Shown one piece after another: positions 7,072 to 15,021 of a stretch of DNA of 18,780 bases. Position 1 is the first letter of the stretch. The number at the start of each line of letters is the position of its first letter. The position numbers and the translations under genes were made by a program. Source of the stretch: a virus. The notes beneath the pieces were generated by a model, which searched no databases, was not told the origin of the DNA, and was given only the letters and a program-made list of their open reading frames with translations. The stretch lies in IMG/VR virus record IMGVR_UViG_3300045988_003822, positions 1-18,780 of that record; one strand, 5' to 3'.

Positions 7072-7866
7072 TTACTCCCATTCTCCATAGTTATGGCAGT
7101 TAGTAAATATTGTATCATACGAACCCCATACCTGCATGAAACACGGTTCAAGGCTCCGTACAACTTCCATGTCCACATTAATAATCGCTTGACGGTACTC
7201 TTGAATCAGGCTCATGGCGCTCTGGCTGCGTCCGCTCACATGGCTCTTGCCTTTTGCATTGCTCGAATCATGCTGGTAGTCGGTGGCGCTTTGCGCAGTG
7301 GTGTGGCTGGCTGAATCCTGTGAACTGGACGCGGTGCCGGAGCTGTCCGCCTGTGATTCGTTCGCGTGGGAGGCGTAGCGTGCGAAGTCGCCCACAACGC
7401 CGGTCTGAGGCACGTCGCTATCGAAGCTTTTGGACGTGGTGGTACTGGAATTATCCGACTTGCTGTTGCTGGAGCTGGTCGAATCCTGCATACTGGACGC
7501 TTTGCCGGACGACTGGGATTCGCTACCGCTCTCGCTATCCGTCGTCATGTCCATAGAATCCAATGGATTATATTCCATGTCCAGCGTCCGATAACGCTCA
7601 TTGAAATAGGGCATGATTTCCGCCATGGTCATTCCCAGATAGAAAATGAATTGCTGCGCGGTTTCCTGTCCTATCTCCCTAAGCGCGTAATGGCGAATAA
7701 TCTTCTCATTTAATTCCGCGCGGCGAGATTCGTTGTAAATTGGGTAATAGTCGGCGCTAAGATGCAGCTTGTCGTCGGTATCATATCCGAATGCAATAAG
7801 ATTACCGAGGGTTTCGGTGTACTCTCCCGGCGTCGCCATCGCATAGGCGCTAAAATCCTGTGTCAC
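7072..7866 (-). CDS. Lower collar protein (phi29 gp11-position) with Ser/Thr/Asp-rich central region
   Basis: It lies immediately downstream of the portal gene. GTG 7866 overlaps the portal stop (GTGA), 6 nt after GGAGG. The N-terminal YYPIYNESRRAELNEKIIRHYALREIGQET... resembles collar proteins of small podoviruses as I remember them. The call rests mainly on synteny. Confidence 0.6.
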   Translation of the reverse strand: MTQDFSAYAMATPGEYTETLGNLIAFGYDTDDKLHLSADYYPIYNESRRAELNEKIIRHYALREIGQETAQQFIFYLGMTMAEIMPYFNERYRTLDMEYNPLDSMDMTTDSESGSESQSSGKASSMQDSTSSSNSKSDNSSTTTSKSFDSDVPQTGVVGDFARYASHANESQADSSGTASSSQDSASHTTAQSATDYQHDSSNAKGKSHVSGRSQSAMSLIQEYRQAIINVDMEVVRSLEPCFMQVWGSYDTIFTNCHNYGEWE

Positions 7867-8813
7867 AATACACCTCCAATACCCGCGTCGTACGATGCGG
7901 GCATGTCGATGTCCGTCGTACCGCTTGCGCTTGAATCAAGCGCGTTGGGCACGCCGGAGCTTTGCGCGTCCGCATACTCAACCCACACGTTCAGTTGCGG
8001 CCACAATCGGTTAATCTCAGTTGCCGCCGCCTGCCGCGCCTTCAGGAAACTCAGGCGGAACACGTCTACTTTCTCGTTGGCTTGCGCCACTTCATCGGAT
8101 ATCAGCCGTTCCTTTTTCTCTGTGCCGGATGATTGAATGCCGAGATATCCCAACACCTCGTTAGTCACCTGTGCTTTTTGTTGGACGAACTTATCCAACA
8201 GATAAGGCGTGGTGTTCGGCCACGGTTGGAACATACTGCCGGGGTCGAGCGAGTCGTATCCGATAATATAGTCCTGGCCGTCCTGCCGTTGCTGAAGCAT
8301 GTTCTGAACGGTGAGTTTTGTGCGGGGGTCGGCTGTGATGATGGTCGGCAGCTTCAGACTCTCCAAGTTCACGTCATACGCCTTGTCGATATCGGCAAGT
8401 CGTCGCGCGTATTGCCATAATGTCGGTTTGAATCCGACGCGCATTCGATTATCCCAGATGGGGATGCATTCCGAACCTGCTTTGAGCTGCCTGTAGTGGT
8501 AGTTGACGCCTACCGGCTCGAAGCATGTCGGATTATTATACACATTTAATCTGCCTTGATAGCCCGCCTGAGTTACGAGGAACCTGCCGATACGCTTGTC
8601 TTCGAAAAACAACGCACATCCATATTCGCACAGACATATTTCCAACCAACGCTCATCTACAGTGGGCGGCAATCCGCGCCAACTGAAACGGTTCAGTGCG
8701 AGTTCCATCAGCAAATGAAGATACATGTCATCAAGTGTGGCTGCGCGTGTTTTCGCGTAATTGCCGCGTGGGTGCAACGCGCCGCCAACTCGATTCTTTT
8801 TAGACCTACTCAT
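7863..8813 (-). CDS. Portal / upper collar connector protein, phi29 gp10-like
   Basis: By-eye collinear matches to phi29 gp10: FSWRGLPPTVDERWLE vs FEWENLPPTINPSFLE, and GTEKKERLISDEV vs NLEKKERMVTDEV. It also has a basic N-terminus, MSRSKKNR, like gp10's MARKRSN. Confidence 0.9.
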   Translation of the reverse strand: MSRSKKNRVGGALHPRGNYAKTRAATLDDMYLHLLMELALNRFSWRGLPPTVDERWLEICLCEYGCALFFEDKRIGRFLVTQAGYQGRLNVYNNPTCFEPVGVNYHYRQLKAGSECIPIWDNRMRVGFKPTLWQYARRLADIDKAYDVNLESLKLPTIITADPRTKLTVQNMLQQRQDGQDYIIGYDSLDPGSMFQPWPNTTPYLLDKFVQQKAQVTNEVLGYLGIQSSGTEKKERLISDEVAQANEKVDVFRLSFLKARQAAATEINRLWPQLNVWVEYADAQSSGVPNALDSSASGTTDIDMPASYDAGIGGVL

Positions 8814-8825
8814 ATTGCCATTGTA

Positions 8826-11156
8826 TCACTCGTAACCAATGCCCGGAAGTGGCTCATTGTCCGCCCAGTCGGTCACACCGATGTACTCGGGCTTGTTCCA
8901 AACCGTCACGCCACGTTCAAACATGCCCTTGATGGTCAGTCGGTATTCTTCGGGCAGCGTGCCCCTCACGTACGCCTCCTGCATCTGCCAGAACGTGAAT
9001 TTCTCCATGCATTCCAGTGAAGTAGGGGGCGTTACGAATCGTTGGACAAAATATCCATAGCGTAGCATGTACTCACCTGCTGCCCTCAACGCGCTCGGCG
9101 CACACGTCTTAAACCTCACCAGCACGCCCATAATTCCGTTGCTCAGGTTGAACATGTCACCGCCGAGCGCTCCCGAAGTGGTCGGGGGGGTCAGTTGCAT
9201 CTGCTGCACTTGGGCGTTGATTCCGGCGATGGCGTTCTGGTAGTCGCCTTGCGCCGCATATGAAGCCAGTCCGTAATTGGCTTGCGAGGTGATGGCGCTG
9301 AGCTGATTGCTTAATCCGGTTGCGCCGCTTGCGTAGGCGTTGGCCTGCGATGTTGCCGCCGCATTGGTGGCAAGCTGATTGGCCGTACTCGCCGCCGCCG
9401 TAGAATTGGAGACAGCGGCGGACGAATTGATGCCGTAATTGGCGATATCCGTCTGTGCGGAGCCGAGGAACGCGCCGCCAACCGCGTTCGCCACGCCTAG
9501 CGGGCTGCGGGATGCGACGGCATTCAGTCCCCCACCAATGATGCCAGCCATACCATTGAGATTATTGCTCTTGATGTTCTGCTGCACTTGCAGATTAGCC
9601 ATTTGATTGGTCTGATTCTGCCCGATGGCAAGAGACTGGTTCAGCGAGTTTGCCGTAATGGCATTGGTTGCCGTTCGATTCTCGTTTGCCCAATTGGTTT
9701 GCCGTGTGGCGTATTCGCGTTGCAGTGCGGCATTGGAGTTGGCCACGTTCGCCGAAGTCAAAGCTTTATCCCGAGTCCATTGAGCTGATTCCTGCGCGTA
9801 GGCGCGAGTGTACGCGCTATTTGTCATCGCCAGCGCACCGCCGTTATTGACGACGGAAAAGTGGGGCAGATTGGTGATGCCAAAACTGGCATTAAGCATT
9901 TCGCCACCGTCTATAGGCAGTCCCATGTCTTTGCCGTTGATGCGCAGCGGAACCGTAGTGTCCGCACCTGCTTCATTGTATCCGGGAATGTAAAAATTGA
10001 TTCTTGCGCCGGACGGCGCGTAAGTATAAGTCTCGCGGATAGTGAGCATGTCGGATTGAATGTCTTCGGGTCGATAAGTGATAACCGTACCGTTCAGACA
10101 GCTGCATTCAATAACGCAGTACGGATAACAGTAAAGTTTGCGCAGATTCCGATACCGGTCGGGGATATCGAATCTATCACGAAAGTTCGGGATAGCCATA
10201 ACGTCTTCATATCGCAAGTCCGAATCGAGGGAAGAATTGAAGGAATAAATGCTGCCATATTCTTCGGAGACTGCCTGTCCGTAAATTTCCGTGACTTTAG
10301 AACCGTATCGAGTCACGTAATCCCGTGGAATTTTCGGCACCATGTACACGGCGCAAATACCTTGCGTCACCCAAGGGAACAGCGTGCCAAGTGCCATGAT
10401 GTTGGCAACGTACGCCATTCGATTTTCGCAGTAATAGACAGAACAACCGTCCGTCTCCTGTTCGAAGATGGCCCCGGTTGCGGTGGTGAGCTTTGGTTCG
10501 GAAGTGCTGCCGGGGTCATCTGTGAGATTGGTAGTGCTGACCACAATCAGGCCGTAATCAACCCAATCAACGCTACCGCCGTCTATATCATAATGTTGGC
10601 CTTCGATGATGCTCCGGTATTCCTGTGATGTCGTGACCATCTCGCTGCCGGTATCCAAACCTTCGGGCAAGGCGAGATATGTGCGTCCGTAATCATCCCA
10701 CTGGTGTTCATTGGCGATGCCGATATGGCCGCGCGTCACATAGCAGCTGCCGAATGTGACGTTATGCTGGAAACTTTGCCATACGTCCAGCATTAGGACC
10801 AATTGCGTGCAATGGGCGTTGACATATTCGACACGCTGGATGAAATAATACCATGCGCGCGGCCTCTCCAAGCCGGGATAGTCATTATAGGCCATGAGAT
10901 AATTCCAGTTCGACGCCTCGTTAAACGGCAATTCGACGCGGGCGGGCGCGTTGAAAATATGCATGGTGGCCGGACGGCATTCCACGCCGTCCAGTTCGTC
11001 GAACCATTCCTGCTGTGTTTCACGTGAAACAAACCGTACGATATCACGATATGAGGCGTCCCACGGTACGCGGCAGAGTTTCAGTGTGGTGTTAGGCGTC
11101 CATTCCGCCCAAGAAAAGTTAGATTCCACGTAAATGTTCGCGTCGTCAATCATCAT
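8826..11156 (-). CDS. Tail knob protein, phi29 gp9-like, with an expanded low-complexity/hydrophobic-Gly insert
   Basis: By-eye matches to phi29 gp9: WYYFIQRVEYVN...LDVWQSF vs WFYAFVTELEFKN...IDVLQTWMF, YPYCVIEC vs YPYCVTEI, NGMAGIIGGGL vs NGIMGMIGGGI, and C-terminal RYGYFVQR...GVTVWNKPEYIG vs KYGYKINR...GITLWHTDNIG. The start is ATG 11156 or 11153, after GGAGG. Confidence 0.9.
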   Translation of the reverse strand: MMIDDANIYVESNFSWAEWTPNTTLKLCRVPWDASYRDIVRFVSRETQQEWFDELDGVECRPATMHIFNAPARVELPFNEASNWNYLMAYNDYPGLERPRAWYYFIQRVEYVNAHCTQLVLMLDVWQSFQHNVTFGSCYVTRGHIGIANEHQWDDYGRTYLALPEGLDTGSEMVTTSQEYRSIIEGQHYDIDGGSVDWVDYGLIVVSTTNLTDDPGSTSEPKLTTATGAIFEQETDGCSVYYCENRMAYVANIMALGTLFPWVTQGICAVYMVPKIPRDYVTRYGSKVTEIYGQAVSEEYGSIYSFNSSLDSDLRYEDVMAIPNFRDRFDIPDRYRNLRKLYCYPYCVIECSCLNGTVITYRPEDIQSDMLTIRETYTYAPSGARINFYIPGYNEAGADTTVPLRINGKDMGLPIDGGEMLNASFGITNLPHFSVVNNGGALAMTNSAYTRAYAQESAQWTRDKALTSANVANSNAALQREYATRQTNWANENRTATNAITANSLNQSLAIGQNQTNQMANLQVQQNIKSNNLNGMAGIIGGGLNAVASRSPLGVANAVGGAFLGSAQTDIANYGINSSAAVSNSTAAASTANQLATNAAATSQANAYASGATGLSNQLSAITSQANYGLASYAAQGDYQNAIAGINAQVQQMQLTPPTTSGALGGDMFNLSNGIMGVLVRFKTCAPSALRAAGEYMLRYGYFVQRFVTPPTSLECMEKFTFWQMQEAYVRGTLPEEYRLTIKGMFERGVTVWNKPEYIGVTDWADNEPLPGIGYE

Positions 11157-11169
11157 CTTCCTCCGGTAC

Positions 11170-11214
11170 GACAAGGCCCGGAGCAATCACGTGGATTACG
11201 CTCCGGGCCTTGTC
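11170..11214 (-). terminator. Long hairpin between the capsid and tail-knob genes (attenuator or processing/stability element)
   Basis: A 15-bp stem, gacaaggcccggagc / gctccgggccttgtc, plus an inner 4-bp aatc/gatt. There is no U-tract. The SD GGAGG of the tail-knob gene starts 4 nt after it on the - strand. Confidence 0.5.
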
Positions 11215-11233
11215 TTGCATCACACCGTGAGAG

Positions 11234-11255
11234 AGGGTAGCCAACCGGCTACCCT
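11234..11255 (-). terminator. Hairpin 10 nt downstream of the major capsid stop
   Basis: agggtagcc-aacc-ggctaccct: a 9-bp stem with a 4-nt loop. Position is the only evidence. Confidence 0.4.
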
Positions 11256-11264
11256 TTCATTATA

Positions 11265-13004
11265 TCACGCGGTCACGGTCACACTCTTCTTACCGGACAC
11301 GCCGAACAGCGTGGCGGTGATATCAGAGCTGCCCTCCTTAACACCGGTCACTACGCCGGACTCGGATACGGCGGCGTCAGCCGGAGTGCCGGACATCCAT
11401 GCGGCCTGTGTGGTCACGTCGGCGGTGCGTCCGTCAATCATGGTCGCCACGGCGGTCGCCTGCGCCGTATGTCCCACAGTCACATTCGGGACGGTTACGG
11501 CAATGGACGCAACGATGGACGGGTTAAATCCGATAATACCATCACCGACCACTGGCACGTCCAGAGCCGCCGACACGGTGCCCGGCACTTCGGGGGTCGC
11601 CGGATTCGTATACAGGGCGGTCGCCATCACAGGAATGGTGGTGTTCGGTTCGTCAAGGCCGACCACCAGCACGCCGGTCGGGGAGATGTAGGTGTAATCG
11701 CTCTTCGGCTTAGCGGTATCACCGATGGCGTAGCTTACCGCGTCCGACCGGAACGTGGCCGTACCGTCATTGGCAATGGTCGTATCGGCGGTGACCTGCA
11801 CCGCGCCGCCGCGCGCCACATTGCTCGGGGTTTCCGAGCCACCGCCATACATGGCGAGCTTAAGCTGGAACGTCGGCGTCTGAGCCTGTGTGCCGACCGG
11901 CGACACCACCTTGGCGGTAGACCCTGCGCCAGTCCAGAACATCACGGCGGGGGCGAAGCCGGACACGCTAATGATGTGCTGGACATGCAGATAATGGTTA
12001 ACCGAATTGATGTTGACCGGATTGGTCTGCTGAGTCATCTCGTTGATAACGGGAATGTCAATCAGGAACTTGTCGGTAGTCAGGATGGCCTGTACGCCGT
12101 CCATGCCGAACCTGTCTTGCGGGATAACGATAATCCGGTCGATGGTCGGCTCGGCGTCGGTACGCTGGAATACCGTAGCGAGGCCCTGCACGTCAAGCGC
12201 CGACTTGACTTCGGGGGAGCAGAACAGTACGAGTTCGTCCGGACGGGCGAAGGTCGGCATATGGCGAGCGTTGTACTTGGTGGAAACGAATTTCAGCGTG
12301 TCAGCCCACGCACGAATCTGGCGCAGCATGTCGCGCGCGTCGGTTTCCGAACTGCCCATGTTGTTGAGGTCATTGTTCATGTGGACACGCCAATACCCGC
12401 CAAGCTTCGCATACTCGACGAACTGGTGGCACAATGCCTCGAAAAGGTCAACTTCAGCCGCATTGTAGCAGGATGTGAGAATCTGCGAAGTGAGCGAGGC
12501 CAAACCGTTTTCGGAGGTGAAGGCACGCTGAAGCGTCTTGTCATCCGTGGTCGCAGGATACCAGTGAGCAAAGTCCAGACGGTGATAGAGCGAATCCACG
12601 TCGATTTTCCACTTGCGGAAGTTGTCTGCGCCGAGATATTCCGCATTAGGGTCATAGACCTGCGCAAGCGGCATTCCCACGGCGATTTCCTGCCACGTGT
12701 CACCGTACGCCTGCGATGCACGCTGGAAAACACTGAGCGGATTGTTCCAACGCCACGTGTTCACATAAGTGCCGCCGATACGGTTCACCAATGCCGAGTA
12801 AAACTCATTCTTCAGCTGGGTAGACGACATGAGCGTAGCCATCTGCCTATCCATATTCATCTGAGTGGCCGAGGGCATTCGCCGCTGATACTCTGGCGAC
12901 GCCTCGTTGCGAATCATATTGAGAATCTGAGCGTTATTGAATTCGGTGAGCGGTCGAAGCTGCTGCTTCGGCGTCACCACGGGAGTAGTTGCCATGATAG
13001 TCAT
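11265..13004 (-). CDS. Major capsid protein (phi29 gp8-like HK97 fold) with C-terminal Ig-like (Big_2-type) domain(s)
   Basis: The N-terminal part aligns by eye with phi29 gp8: ILNMIRNE...NEFYSALVNRIG vs IVNAIRNS...NDFITSLVDRIG. The last ~80 aa (IAVTVPNVTVGHTAQATA...DVTTQAAWMSGTPADAAVSESGVVTGVKEGSSDITATL...VTVTA) have the Big_2 pattern. The gene follows the scaffold gene. Confidence 0.9.
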   Translation of the reverse strand: MTIMATTPVVTPKQQLRPLTEFNNAQILNMIRNEASPEYQRRMPSATQMNMDRQMATLMSSTQLKNEFYSALVNRIGGTYVNTWRWNNPLSVFQRASQAYGDTWQEIAVGMPLAQVYDPNAEYLGADNFRKWKIDVDSLYHRLDFAHWYPATTDDKTLQRAFTSENGLASLTSQILTSCYNAAEVDLFEALCHQFVEYAKLGGYWRVHMNNDLNNMGSSETDARDMLRQIRAWADTLKFVSTKYNARHMPTFARPDELVLFCSPEVKSALDVQGLATVFQRTDAEPTIDRIIVIPQDRFGMDGVQAILTTDKFLIDIPVINEMTQQTNPVNINSVNHYLHVQHIISVSGFAPAVMFWTGAGSTAKVVSPVGTQAQTPTFQLKLAMYGGGSETPSNVARGGAVQVTADTTIANDGTATFRSDAVSYAIGDTAKPKSDYTYISPTGVLVVGLDEPNTTIPVMATALYTNPATPEVPGTVSAALDVPVVGDGIIGFNPSIVASIAVTVPNVTVGHTAQATAVATMIDGRTADVTTQAAWMSGTPADAAVSESGVVTGVKEGSSDITATLFGVSGKKSVTVTA

Positions 13005-13017
13005 TCCTTCCTAATTA

Positions 13018-13359
13018 TTAGTCTTCGTACAGGTCATCGAACGTGCTGTAGGTGCCGTTATAGTCGTCATCGGTCATTTCAGCCGATTCCGGCGTCGCAA
13101 CGTCGTCGGGGCCATCGTTCAGCACGTGGTCTGCTGCCGCATCACGCATCGCTTCGACGGTTTTGGACAGCTCCGCCACGGTTGCCTCCAATGCGCTCAG
13201 CCGGTCGGCCATGTCGGCGTTTTTGTCGTCGCCCGCGTCTTCAGGCTCGCCATCATCCTGCGTTTCAGGTTCCGGGTTCGGCGTATTGTCGTCGGCGCTC
13301 CCGTCCGGTTCAGTGTCGGGCGTGGTGTCCAGCTTGTCATCATTTTCGGTGTCGTCCAT
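13018..13359 (-). CDS. Scaffolding protein (very acidic, central helix)
   Basis: 113 aa and extremely D/E-rich, with a helical core (ADRLSALEATVAELSKTVEAMRDAAA). It lies directly upstream of the capsid gene, like phi29 gp7. I prefer ATG 13359, 5 nt after GAGG. The track start 13365 is a GTG. Confidence 0.7.
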   Translation of the reverse strand: MDDTENDDKLDTTPDTEPDGSADDNTPNPEPETQDDGEPEDAGDDKNADMADRLSALEATVAELSKTVEAMRDAAADHVLNDGPDDVATPESAEMTDDDYNGTYSTFDDLYED

Positions 13360-13379
13360 AATCACCTCTTAAAGTAGAT

Positions 13380-13407
13380 GGCACGGCAGCAATCACGCTG
13401 CCGTGCC
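13380..13407 (-). terminator. Hairpin at the early/late boundary (end of the replication operon and/or 5' element of the late mRNA)
   Basis: An 11-bp GC-rich stem, ggcacggcagc / gctgccgtgcc, with a 6-nt loop. On the - strand it is followed by AUCUACUUUA, then SD and ATG 13359. Confidence 0.5.
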
Positions 13408-13545
13408 GGATTGCTAGGCTGTGCGGGTTCCCTCGCCGTCAATGGGCGTTGGCTACGCACGTCTACATCCGACCGAATCGCCTTACCGATTGCCTACCGG
13501 TCGGGCCATTGAATCGGCTTGGGACGCACACCCCGCTACCGGCTA
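13408..13545 (-). ncRNA. Candidate structured non-coding RNA (function unknown; a pRNA-like or regulatory leader is speculative)
   Basis: This ~140 nt lies downstream of the polymerase stop, has no plausible ORF on either strand, and contains several nested inverted repeats. One example is CCGACCG...AAUCG-GUAAGG-CGAUU-CGGUCGG at 13469-13504. There is no covariation or expression evidence. Confidence 0.2.
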
Positions 13546-15015
13546 TTATAGCACAAAAAAACAGCCGTCATCGTTGACATGGCGTGACCTCGGCAGGAAG
13601 TCGTCGTAGGGGATAGGGGCTGCTCGATGCACGCCACTCAACCGCATCACCGTGCCGCCGTCTTCCTCTACGCCGCAATATTTGCGATTACCGAGAATGC
13701 GAAGTTTTTTATAGGTGTGGTCGTTTTTCCACGCGCCCAGCTTCTTGTCGTCCGTTTCGATGCTTGCGGGCGCTTCCAGTCCTTCCAATATCATGCCGTC
13801 CGTATCGGCGTAGAGCACACGGTCGGCGTTCGCATTCATCGCGCGGGATAATATTTGCCGACCGTAGGCATTGACATAGGCGGCGGTCGGCAACCATGCG
13901 AGTGAGTTGGTTGACTCAGGTTTATCCACAGTAAAATCCACACCCCCTTCGCCAGAGGGTTTCGGGTGCAGCATGGGTCGGTAAAGCGAGGCTCCAAACT
14001 TTCCGACCAGTGAGTTTAATAATAGTTTCGCCATTTGCCGACGCTCGCCGGTTGCGGTTTGCTTCACGTGAAACCACTTATCAACGTAATCGTAATAAAG
14101 TCCATGCGATTTCCGGAATTTCCAACCACCTACATAATCCCACACATGGACGTCATAGTTTTCCACAAGCGTCCGCCAGTCCACATCAGTCACCGGCATG
14201 GTAACGACACCCAGCGTGCTATCCATACGTTCGCCCTCATATCCCCATACTGGCAGGATATTGGTGAGCGTCGCCGTTTTTCCCGGTTTTAGTCGCGCGT
14301 CGAACGCGATAATGTCGATGTGCAGCGGATAGTCTGCGTCATAATGATATTCTCCCCCATACCATAGGGGGGAGCCTATAGGCATGGCAAAGTCTCGCAT
14401 GATGCTCGGATAAAGACTATTCACGTCCCAGCTGTTGCAATCCCGATATTCGCCCGGCCTGCTGTGCACTATCGCTCCATAGTATGCGGGGCGCATTCGG
14501 TGATAATCATCCTTGGACAATGGAGGAAAGTGACGTTTGAATCCGGCGTAATCTCCGCCGATATAGTCGGACATCGCCATTGACGCTATTGTAGTACCCT
14601 TAAGGTTCAGGGCGTCGCATTCCTGCGCGATGTTCCACGTGGTTTCCAAGTCATCCGCACCACCAAACGTTTCACGTGAGACATTCAGCCCGTCATCTCG
14701 TGTGATATTGCGCACGTCCAAAAAATCCACGGTGATACCGCCCATACGCACCCGGAAACTGTAGAAATGACCACGAATGTTGAACGTGCCCCAGACTCCA
14801 TCCTTAGCCGGATTCGATTGCAAGGGGAGACGTCTCAATAACTCAGCCGCTATAGGTTTGATGTCCTGCCATCCGTGAGCGCACCATACGCGCGTATGGT
14901 GGTCAAGCATGGTTAGCCGAACGACGGCATTCGCCGTCAATGGCGCTATGCCGTCATCCGTCAATAGTGTTGCGCCGTCTGTTGCCGCCGTTCGACGCTC
15001 TCGCATAATTCCCAT
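13546..15015 (-). CDS. Protein-primed family-B DNA polymerase (phi29 gp2-like) with a shortened, motif-degenerate exonuclease domain
   Basis: Motif A is WDVNSLYPSIM, motif B is KLLLNSLVGKFG, motif C is LYADTDGMI, plus YYGA (YxGG/A). TPR1-region match: DADYPLHIDII vs phi29 DEDYPLHIQHI. Also LGAWKND vs LGYWAHE and RKY vs KTY. It is 489 aa against 575 aa for phi29. An alternative ATG at 15006 has better SD spacing. Confidence 0.92.
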   Translation of the reverse strand: MGIMRERRTAATDGATLLTDDGIAPLTANAVVRLTMLDHHTRVWCAHGWQDIKPIAAELLRRLPLQSNPAKDGVWGTFNIRGHFYSFRVRMGGITVDFLDVRNITRDDGLNVSRETFGGADDLETTWNIAQECDALNLKGTTIASMAMSDYIGGDYAGFKRHFPPLSKDDYHRMRPAYYGAIVHSRPGEYRDCNSWDVNSLYPSIMRDFAMPIGSPLWYGGEYHYDADYPLHIDIIAFDARLKPGKTATLTNILPVWGYEGERMDSTLGVVTMPVTDVDWRTLVENYDVHVWDYVGGWKFRKSHGLYYDYVDKWFHVKQTATGERRQMAKLLLNSLVGKFGASLYRPMLHPKPSGEGGVDFTVDKPESTNSLAWLPTAAYVNAYGRQILSRAMNANADRVLYADTDGMILEGLEAPASIETDDKKLGAWKNDHTYKKLRILGNRKYCGVEEDGGTVMRLSGVHRAAPIPYDDFLPRSRHVNDDGCFFVL

Positions 15016-15021
15016 CCTTTT

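Noticed and set aside
9184-9190. A C7 run on the coding strand inside the tail-knob gene
   Set aside because: It encodes TPP in a conserved-looking context (QLTPPTTSG, cf. phi29 IPPQLT). A frameshift would truncate an essential protein, so it is likely incidental.
865-10628. Other + strand ORFs opposite - strand genes (for example 865-1284, 4108-4578, 4520-4972, 4988-5587, 6037-6351, 8556-9020, 9861-10628)
   Set aside because: All are antisense to genes with clear family signatures. Their compositions are skewed (R/S/C/G-rich) and they lack ribosome-binding sites. I treat them as shadow ORFs.
11469-13361. A 630-aa ORF on the + strand, the longest + strand ORF in the window
   Set aside because: It lies entirely antisense to the major capsid and scaffold genes, whose identity is strongly supported. 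Its product is Arg/Gly/His-rich low complexity, typical of antisense frames in GC-rich coding DNA, and it has no SD.
13366-13545. A tRNA gene in the structured intergenic region
   Set aside because: I could not build a cloverleaf. There is no GTTCRANYC-like T-loop with a 5-bp stem and no acceptor/anticodon arrangement on either strand.
13421-13609. A 62-aa + strand ORF spanning the intergenic region and the polymerase 3' end
   Set aside because: It has no SD, overlaps the polymerase stop region in antisense, and has a Pro/Ser/Arg-rich composition.
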